Positions 57,270 through 64,000 of a stretch of DNA of 64,000 nucleotides are shown here, piece by piece. The notes under the pieces are model-generated. The model ran no database searches. It was given only the letters and a program-made list of their open reading frames with translations, and was not told where the DNA came from. The position numbers and the translations under genes are program-made. Where the stretch lies: the NCBI GenBank assembly GCA_903880015.1, contig CAIRNS010000002.1, positions 82,867 to 146,866 of the forward strand, read 5' to 3'. Positions within the stretch are counted from its first letter, which is position 1. The number at the start of each line of letters is the position of its first letter. The DNA is from an uncultured Elusimicrobia bacterium. GTDB taxonomy: Bacteria > Elusimicrobiota > Endomicrobiia > Endomicrobiales > CAIRNS01.

Positions 57270-60200
57270 ATGAAATTTTTATTTAGACATGCTCCCTGCA
57301 TCATAAACAATGTTGTTGATTATCTATCCAATGTGACCAGAGGTATCGCTCTGGTTACTCTTGGTTGTTTTCTGACGAGCTATGTGGCCGGCCCGGCGCT
57401 TGCCGCTCAGAGAGATGCTGCGCGCGACCAGGCACCACTGCCTGCGCTATCGCTCTCCCCCATCCCACCTGCAGTCGGATACCTTTCCAAAGTGCCGGAA
57501 CGATCAGGCCCGTGCGTTATCAATATTCAGGATTTACATTGCGATCCTATTGTGCAGCGCAATATCGTTGCTTCACTGAAACGGATGGAGCAGTGGTATG
57601 GGGCAACGCCCATCCCCATTTACATCGAAGGGGCCGCCGGACCCATCGATTCTTCCTGGTTGACAAAAGTCAAAGATAGGGATTTTCGTGTCGGTCTTGC
57701 GCAATCCCTGGTGGACCAGGGGAAACTTTCCGGTGCCGAATATTATTCCATAGAAACATTGCGTCCGCATCTCCTCACTGGCAGCGACGACGAAATCCTG
57801 CATCGCGAAAATCTTACCCGTTTGGCGACCATCAACGCCCAGCGTTCAAAGGTTGTACAGTGGGCGCATGCCGCACGGGCTCATGCGCAGTCCGTTCTCG
57901 AGCCGGGGATGTCCCGCCCCACGCAGCAGTTACTGCGCCTGCGTGAGGATGCGCGCAGCGGCAGGATATCCGGCGACGATTATCTTACTGCGCTGGTTCG
58001 TTCGTCGCAGAAACCGGATATGCGTGACCGCATTCTGCTCACTGATTTTCTCTCGGTCTGGAAATACTACGGGTACTTGCGCATGGCTTCTGTCCCGGCT
58101 GACCGTCTCAACCGGGATCTTAGGCGTTTCATGGATAGTGCCCGGTCAACGCTGCCGTACGACGAGTACCGCGAGTTGACTGCATTGAGCGGGAAAGATG
58201 GGGACCCCACGGCGTTGTTTGCCTCTATCGCCCGCGCTGAAAAAAAACATCATGGCATCCTCGAACCATATCGAGGGTTGGCACGATATGTGCGCGCCAT
58301 CGCCCTGAGCAAAGAAATCAATCCGACAGCGCTTGCCCGTGAGGAACGCGATTTGTTCGATGCGATACTTGCAAAGCGGGCCCGATCGGTGGATGAAAGC
58401 GAAAAAGCGTTTGTCGTTGGATTTCTTCCCCTCTACGAAGATTTTCTCAGCGGACGCTTGACCGGTCCTGACTACCCCTATGTTTCGGCATATGAAAGTC
58501 GTTTCACCGCGCTCTGGGGAAAATACTGTTCGCTCGGGTTGTCGCCGGTTTCATCAATGGCGCGGGTGTCTCGCCAATTCTATGCGGTTAACGAAGAGCG
58601 GACACTCAGGATGGCGGCTCGTCTTCCGCTGGCGCACGCAACCGGGCCCATCATCATCATCACGGGCGGATATCACACCGAGCGACTCGGAGAACTGGTC
58701 CGTGCACGGGGCATACCGTTTATAACGGTTACGCCGCGTGTCAGTAAGAATCCGGACCGAGTGCGCACTACCTATGAATCTCTGGTTAACGAAGCCGCCG
58801 CGCAGTGGCACACGGTCGCCCTTGACCCGCTTGCGCGGGAGCCATCGTTTGCAAAAGCGCATCTGTTCCTCGGTCATGCCAATGCGCTGTTGGGCGGGGA
58901 TCACTCTGCGCAAAAAGCCGCACAGGTTGTGGCGCAGATTGTTGCGGCATGGAACGCGTCAGTTGAATCCGGAGGCAACAGTTTGGGGCGTGTAACAGTT
59001 ACCGAGGTTCCTCGCTCTGACGGTTCCGACTTCCCGTTTGATTTTGCAAACAAGGACATGCTCCCTTCCTCCGCCCCGCTGGTTCTGCACTTTGATGTCA
59101 CTCATGGATTCCGGGTTGACGGAGAAACGGTTCGCGAACCGGCGCGCGCCGCCGGGCGCAATGCCGCCGCGATTATCGAACCTGCTCTTGAAAAACTAAA
59201 CGATTCGTTGCTGAGGACGGCTATAGATAAACTTCAAACACTCTCCGAAAAACTGTACCATCTGCTCGCGCATGTAGTGTCAGACGAACAACATCTCTAT
59301 CTGCCTGATTTGAATGCAGCCGTAGCCGGCCGCGGGTTGAGTCATACGGTGACCACCGCGATAAGCGCTCTCGATTCGGCCTTAATCGCGCCCAACTATA
59401 ATCACACCTGTTTCGGGACCATGACTTTTTCATCCCAAGGCCCCGCTGGCGGACAAATAATTGTTCACCAGCGGCTTGCCCGTGAGCTCGAAAAGGGCAA
59501 GGGGGGAGGATTTGATGCCTTTGTTTCCCACGAGTTGTTCGAATTCTTCGCGCTCACGTCTCCGCCGGATGAAGGGGCGGTATATGATTCTTTTTCAGCG
59601 GAGCTTATGAACGAATGGAACATTGTCCATGCGAATTTTGAGAGATATCTCGATCATCTCCGGCAGAAGCAATCCGAACATTCGGTCGTTGTTAACCCTT
59701 CTGCGGACATGTTCCATGAGTTTGTGGCGCTCATCGCGGGTAGGCAACCGGCTGATTTTGTCGACACCGCCTCAGCGGCCGGGCTTGAACCGGCTGATGT
59801 AAAAGAACTTAACGGTCTTTTCGGCAGATATCACCAGGCAGAATTTCTCTCTCTTATCAATTGGCTCGGGGTTCGTGTGACCAAAGAGCGGTTGGATCAA
59901 CGCGGCGCTGAACTGCGCGCAAAGGCTACGGCGGCCGATACAAAAATTGCACTCAATGATCTCTGGAAAGCAATTGCGATTGAAACCGGGAATCTTGATG
60001 AAGACAGCAAGGGGTTCCGTACGGAGGAGCAGTGGTTACAGCAGCTGAGCGATCCCGTGGCGTTTAAAGCGCGCATAGGGACTTTGGCGCAGCAAAACAC
60101 CGTTGAAAAGAATTCAAAAAATTATTTTAACAATCAGGCCGATTCTCTCCAGGCAGTGGTGGAATTGCTCCTTAACGGACAAGACGCCGCGATGAGAGCC

Positions 60201-63200
60201 GAAGGTCGTATCCCCATCGGAGAGATGGGGCAGGGCGGGAAACAGGTATTCGGTGAATTGCAAACCGAAGACGACACCATGGTCGTTGAATCGTTCAGCT
60301 CAAAAAAATCCGGCGAGAAAAATGCCTATGGAACCCGCATGGTTTTTTGGCGGGAGAATGAACAAATTTATTTTGCGTATGAAACCGGACCGCAGGATGT
60401 TGCGCGCACGCAGCTGACCAAGGACGGCACCATTTTTTCAATCAGACGCGACAATCCCGAGACAGGTAAATACTCGCCGAAAAACCGGCTGGAATATTTG
60501 TGTTCTAAATTGGCGTTCAATTCTCAGACGCCGATACGCCGGGGAGACGGGACAACGATTAACGGTAAAACAAGATATCTCGCGCCCGCCGACGGGTCGG
60601 TTCCTCAGGAGTATCCCTTCGCTCTCGCTGATGATCGCGAAGTGATATTCGATATATATTCTGATGGCATGATTATCGTCGATCGCGGCGGCGGTATGGA
60701 CAATCGCCGGATTCTAACTAAATATCTTTACCCCAATTCCTCGGAAAATAAAAAACTCAAAGAAGCCCGGCGCACCGCGACCGCGAAAACTGAAAAACTC
60801 GAAGCCCGCGTCTGGATCGGAACCGACCCAGCGCTCGCAGAGCTAGGGCAGGGGTACTCAACGGAAAGTACGCTGACTGATGATCTTTCTGTTTCCAGTC
60901 GCGAGGGGCAATGCAATGTATGTTTCATGACCATGGGTGATGCGCTCGGGCATCTATGGACCCCAGCCCCCCACTGGATAGTGAATGCTGAAAAACGCAC
61001 TGGACTGTGCTCTTCCATGGTCATCGGTATGCCTACCCTAGGAGGAACACCAGTCACTTCCTCGCGGGATAATTTCACCCTTATTCCCAGTGAGCAAAAT
61101 AAAAGCGCCATTGATGCACTAAAAGCGTATATAGACACACTCACTGATCCGGGAATCCCTGACCGTGCCGAACAGATAAATACTTTGTGCCAGCTGTTTA
61201 CCGCAGAACAAAACGGCAAGGGCAGATCTTCCGGGCAAGAGACGAATCCGGCGGACACCCTTTATTTAAACGAATATCTCGCCTACAAACTCGCGCCGCT
61301 GCTAAAAGAGTATCGCTCCGGTCCGGCGCAGCGGCTTATACTTCCCAACATACACGAGCTGGATGGATTTAACAACCTTGTCGTCAAAAAACAGCGCACT
61401 ACCCAGCCGGTTATCTTCCTGGATGAAAAGTTGTACGACATTGCCACGGTTCTTCCACCCGGAGATGTTTCCGGCATATTGGAAGAGTTCGGTCTAGCCG
61501 AAGAATACGCCGATCTGTGTGTCATGTCGGGATCATTTAAGGGATCGGGGTCCGCACGGCCGCCGTTCTGTTTTTCACGGCAGGCGAAAGCCGTTATCAT
61601 TGATGAACAATGGCTTACCGCAGTACGAAAAAAACACAACAAGCGCGTCTTGGTACGCCAGGCGATTAAGGATGCCTTAAATACCGCCGGAGTGGGGACT
61701 GACCATCAGAAGAAATCCCGTTCTCTTACATCATTGGTTTCAGCGAAAAAAGGGCGAATCGCTTTTATTGCAGCTACCCTTATCGTTCTCGTTACTCTTG
61801 CAGGCGGGTTGCTCTTTAATAATTTTTCCGGAACGAGGGCCCCCCCCGACACATTACCGACAGTCACGCAGGTCATTGCCCAACCAACGGGTGAACTGAG
61901 TGTTGGAGATATCACGAGCGTCCCGGTTTCCGAAACACCCCTGACTCCAGTCGCCACCGTAACCAATACCCCCGTTCCTACTGAAACCCCTCCGCCGACA
62001 GCAACGGCGACGGTTTCCCCCTCGCCTTCCCCTTCGCCTTCGCCGAGCCCCACGGCTAAACCAACTATGGTGATACCGTTCGAGGCAGACGCGGAAACTA
62101 TAGGGAAAGTTACCGACTGTGTTAATGTGGACGGCAATCCGTGTGAGCACTTAATCGTATATCCCGTGGCAAATCCCGCTGCACGGTCGGACGATCCTTC
62201 AAATGGGTTTTCGCTTGCGGCTCCCCAGGGAGGGAAAGAATTGCCGTTGCGGGCTAAGATCGTTTATGTTTACGAATACCCTGCACATGCGAGAATTCCC
62301 ATACGATTTACTCCTAATGGTCTGCCGGTTTACGATACCATCTCCGTTACCGATGCCAATGGCATAGTATCGTTTACCGTCAACGGGAACTTCCTCATTC
62401 TCGGCAACGATGCAAAGGCGACGGTTACCATATCGTATGAACTGCGTCAATTCACGGTGCCGGTTACCATCCTCATGACTTCGTTTACTCCTGATCAGCG
62501 GGAGCTGGATGCAGTTCCTCAAAACATCAAGGATCAGGTTGATGCTGCCCGCACGCCGGAAGATGTGATGAAAATATATCGCGTATGGCTTAAAGATAAC
62601 TTTGTGTACGATTATCTCAAGGAACCTGCGTTCAATGATTTGCGGCTGGGCGGATTGACCTTTTTTGACGCGGTCACACAATCGCAAAAGGGGCAAACCG
62701 TTCCTGAGACAGGTGTCGTTTGCAAAGAATTTGCTGACGCTGCCTTTCTGAGTATAAAAGATGCTCGCCGGGTACCCCGTTTTTCAGGAATGGACGCTAC
62801 TCTTCTCCTGGTACAACCACTCCAGGGCGGGAAAATAAGCAGCAATGTTGTTCCCCATGAAATGATATTGGTTACCTATGTTGACGCCCAGGGTAAGCCC
62901 GTTGCCGTGGTGGATAATACGGTTATCTATGCTAAGCGGGTCGACAATCCCGCTCCTGCCAATGTGCAGTTGGAAACAATGAATGTCGCCTATGACCCGG
63001 GACTGGGCCGGCATGCTGTGCTCGACGATGCGGTCCGCGACTATCCTGATCTATTCAGGGGGCTCGAACAGATTTTCAGCGATATTAACAAGGCATTACC
63101 CGGCATGTCGAGCGCAATGCGTATATCAATGATGGACACCATTGCGAAGCTTAATGCTTTGCTTGGGAGATTTCCAGATATATTCCTTGCGGCTTTAGGA

Positions 63201-64000
63201 GTTATTGAACAATTGCGCCAAAACGGAGCGCCGGAGATTCTGGGGATCCTCGCGGTGTTTATTGTGTTCCGGCTCGCATCGGCTTTAGCTATATCTCTTA
63301 CGCACACAGTGTCTCTTATACTGCAGCGCATCCGTCGTTCTCCGTTTAAAGATAAACCCACTGCCGCGCGGGGTTTGATATTCAGGGTTCCTTCTATTGA
63401 TGTGTCACACTTTTCGTGGTCCCTCTTTGCTGACCACGGCCGTATTGATCATTTGAGCGGCAATTTTGCATGGGGTTGGGCCGGACTAGGTGCATCAATC
63501 ACCGAGATTGGGATCAACAACCCCAATCAATTGTTTGTTTATTTTACGAAACTGGGCGGGGCAAATATCGTTCATCGTGTTCAACCGGTGTTTAAGGAAA
63601 GCCCGGTACAATTGCGCGCCCTCATACCCGATGGCGATGATCTATTTATTGTGGGTTCTCCGAGCGACTTATCCGGCGATAATGCTCCGGTTGTTATATG
63701 CCACTATGTTTACGATCAACCGGTTGGCGTTCTGCGTCTAGAAAATACAAAAATTTGCAGCCCGGAGTCAGGGCGGATCGACCGATGGTCGCTGGAAGAA
63801 TTCAGAGGCGAAACGTTCATAAAAATTGAATCCAGCGATTTAAAAGGGAGATTCAGCGGTACCTGTAGCATTAGTTATCGTTCACTGAATGGTGAAATTC
63901 TTGGATCCCGCACCAGTTCCCGTCTGATGCGATGGACCCTCGGAATTTTTTCGCATCGAGTGCTCAAGGCCTCCCCTGTTGTACAAAAATCTGACGGTAC
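57270..64000 (+). CDS. Giant protein C (>2,243 aa, 3' end outside window): signal/anchor, TIKI/TraB-like head, unknown central region, TM segment, Pro/Thr/Ser linker, transglutaminase-like core, further TM segments
   Basis: Frame 3 has no stop from 57270 to 64000. It is absent from the ORF track, and no other frame-3 ORF is listed there. Manual translation gives MKFLFRHAPC...VINIQDLHCDPIVQRNIVASLKRMEQWYG...IIITGGYHTERLGELVRARGIPFITVTP... Confidence 0.7.
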   Translation, partial: MKFLFRHAPCIINNVVDYLSNVTRGIALVTLGCFLTSYVAGPALAAQRDAARDQAPLPALSLSPIPPAVGYLSKVPERSGPCVINIQDLHCDPIVQRNIVASLKRMEQWYGATPIPIYIEGAAGPIDSSWLTKVKDRDFRVGLAQSLVDQGKLSGAEYYSIETLRPHLLTGSDDEILHRENLTRLATINAQRSKVVQWAHAARAHAQSVLEPGMSRPTQQLLRLREDARSGRISGDDYLTALVRSSQKPDMRDRILLTDFLSVWKYYGYLRMASVPADRLNRDLRRFMDSARSTLPYDEYRELTALSGKDGDPTALFASIARAEKKHHGILEPYRGLARYVRAIALSKEINPTALAREERDLFDAILAKRARSVDESEKAFVVGFLPLYEDFLSGRLTGPDYPYVSAYESRFTALWGKYCSLGLSPVSSMARVSRQFYAVNEERTLRMAARLPLAHATGPIIIITGGYHTERLGELVRARGIPFITVTPRVSKNPDRVRTTYESLVNEAAAQWHTVALDPLAREPSFAKAHLFLGHANALLGGDHSAQKAAQVVAQIVAAWNASVESGGNSLGRVTVTEVPRSDGSDFPFDFANKDMLPSSAPLVLHFDVTHGFRVDGETVREPARAAGRNAAAIIEPALEKLNDSLLRTAIDKLQTLSEKLYHLLAHVVSDEQHLYLPDLNAAVAGRGLSHTVTTAISALDSALIAPNYNHTCFGTMTFSSQGPAGGQIIVHQRLARELEKGKGGGFDAFVSHELFEFFALTSPPDEGAVYDSFSAELMNEWNIVHANFERYLDHLRQKQSEHSVVVNPSADMFHEFVALIAGRQPADFVDTASAAGLEPADVKELNGLFGRYHQAEFLSLINWLGVRVTKERLDQRGAELRAKATAADTKIALNDLWKAIAIETGNLDEDSKGFRTEEQWLQQLSDPVAFKARIGTLAQQNTVEKNSKNYFNNQADSLQAVVELLLNGQDAAMRAEGRIPIGEMGQGGKQVFGELQTEDDTMVVESFSSKKSGEKNAYGTRMVFWRENEQIYFAYETGPQDVARTQLTKDGTIFSIRRDNPETGKYSPKNRLEYLCSKLAFNSQTPIRRGDGTTINGKTRYLAPADGSVPQEYPFALADDREVIFDIYSDGMIIVDRGGGMDNRRILTKYLYPNSSENKKLKEARRTATAKTEKLEARVWIGTDPALAELGQGYSTESTLTDDLSVSSREGQCNVCFMTMGDALGHLWTPAPHWIVNAEKRTGLCSSMVIGMPTLGGTPVTSSRDNFTLIPSEQNKSAIDALKAYIDTLTDPGIPDRAEQINTLCQLFTAEQNGKGRSSGQETNPADTLYLNEYLAYKLAPLLKEYRSGPAQRLILPNIHELDGFNNLVVKKQRTTQPVIFLDEKLYDIATVLPPGDVSGILEEFGLAEEYADLCVMSGSFKGSGSARPPFCFSRQAKAVIIDEQWLTAVRKKHNKRVLVRQAIKDALNTAGVGTDHQKKSRSLTSLVSAKKGRIAFIAATLIVLVTLAGGLLFNNFSGTRAPPDTLPTVTQVIAQPTGELSVGDITSVPVSETPLTPVATVTNTPVPTETPPPTATATVSPSPSPSPSPSPTAKPTMVIPFEADAETIGKVTDCVNVDGNPCEHLIVYPVANPAARSDDPSNGFSLAAPQGGKELPLRAKIVYVYEYPAHARIPIRFTPNGLPVYDTISVTDANGIVSFTVNGNFLILGNDAKATVTISYELRQFTVPVTILMTSFTPDQRELDAVPQNIKDQVDAARTPEDVMKIYRVWLKDNFVYDYLKEPAFNDLRLGGLTFFDAVTQSQKGQTVPETGVVCKEFADAAFLSIKDARRVPRFSGMDATLLLVQPLQGGKISSNVVPHEMILVTYVDAQGKPVAVVDNTVIYAKRVDNPAPANVQLETMNVAYDPGLGRHAVLDDAVRDYPDLFRGLEQIFSDINKALPGMSSAMRISMMDTIAKLNALLGRFPDIFLAALGVIEQLRQNGAPEILGILAVFIVFRLASALAISLTHTVSLILQRIRRSPFKDKPTAARGLIFRVPSIDVSHFSWSLFADHGRIDHLSGNFAWGWAGLGASITEIGINNPNQLFVYFTKLGGANIVHRVQPVFKESPVQLRALIPDGDDLFIVGSPSDLSGDNAPVVICHYVYDQPVGVLRLENTKICSPESGRIDRWSLEEFRGETFIKIESSDLKGRFSGTCSISYRSLNGEILGSRTSSRLMRWTLGIFSHRVLKASPVVQKSDG

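Noticed and set aside
59526-59548. SHELFEF in protein C looked like a zincin HExxH motif
   Set aside because: The sequence is HELFE, with Glu rather than His at the fifth position. It is not a zincin signature.
60150-60260. Possible GHKL/Bergerat ATPase N-box in protein C (VELLLNGQDAA followed by IGEMGQGGKQVF)
   Set aside because: The DxGxG-type motif (VDRGGGMD, about 60670-60700) comes after rather than between the other two motifs. The motif order therefore does not fit the Bergerat fold. It is too weak to call without an HMM.
61706-62150. Minus-strand ORFs with GEGEGEGEGE and RRRRGRRGG repeats
   Set aside because: They are antisense to the SPSPSPSP/PT-rich linker of giant gene C, so they are a compositional artefact.

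Overview
This window looks like the origin-proximal region of a diderm bacterial chromosome. I cannot assign taxonomy from the sequence. No rRNA, tRNA, CRISPR array, transposase or integrase was recognised.

Left ~35 kb (core genes). It holds yqeK-LCP-rsfS, msrAB and parB-parA with two parS palindromes. A long co-directional plus-strand block follows: rpmH-rnpA-yidD-yidC-jag-mnmE, an inserted RHH/RelE toxin-antitoxin pair, then rsmA-dnaA-dnaN-DUF721(DciA-like)-gyrB-gyrA-folD. After that come a pilin-like gene, an SPFH protein, DedA, a P-type ATPase, PilZ, an ArsR-TlpA-thioredoxin-ferredoxin redox cluster, an SDR, a GNAT-like protein and pcrA/uvrD.

Right ~29 kb (35.2-64 kb, accessory-looking). 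Three very large paralogous proteins dominate it: A at 35839-44282 (+), B at 57036-54286 (-), and C from 57270 past the window end (+). C is not in the ORF track because it has no stop in the window.
- All three share a colinear N-terminal module of about 450 aa. Its motifs (IQDLH, YxEG, ERN, GG[FY]H) resemble the TraB/PrgY/GumN/ChaN (TIKI) hydrolase superfamily.
- Their C-terminal parts are unrelated. A has an unrecognisable duplicated module, B an HD phosphohydrolase, and C a TM segment, a Pro/Thr/Ser linker and a transglutaminase-like Cys-His-Asp core.
- Gene A is broken by a 1-nt frameshift in an A6 run.
- Between the paralogues lie a GT-C-like membrane protein, a small beta-barrel OMP, and a three-gene minus-strand cluster. 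That cluster encodes a secreted unknown protein, a YadA-type trimeric autotransporter adhesin with 330-387 bp tandem repeats, and an OmpA-like protein. A promoter plus an intrinsic terminator sit in its 5' leader.

All domain calls are by-eye motif recognition. None has been checked by HMM or database search, and protein C was translated manually.
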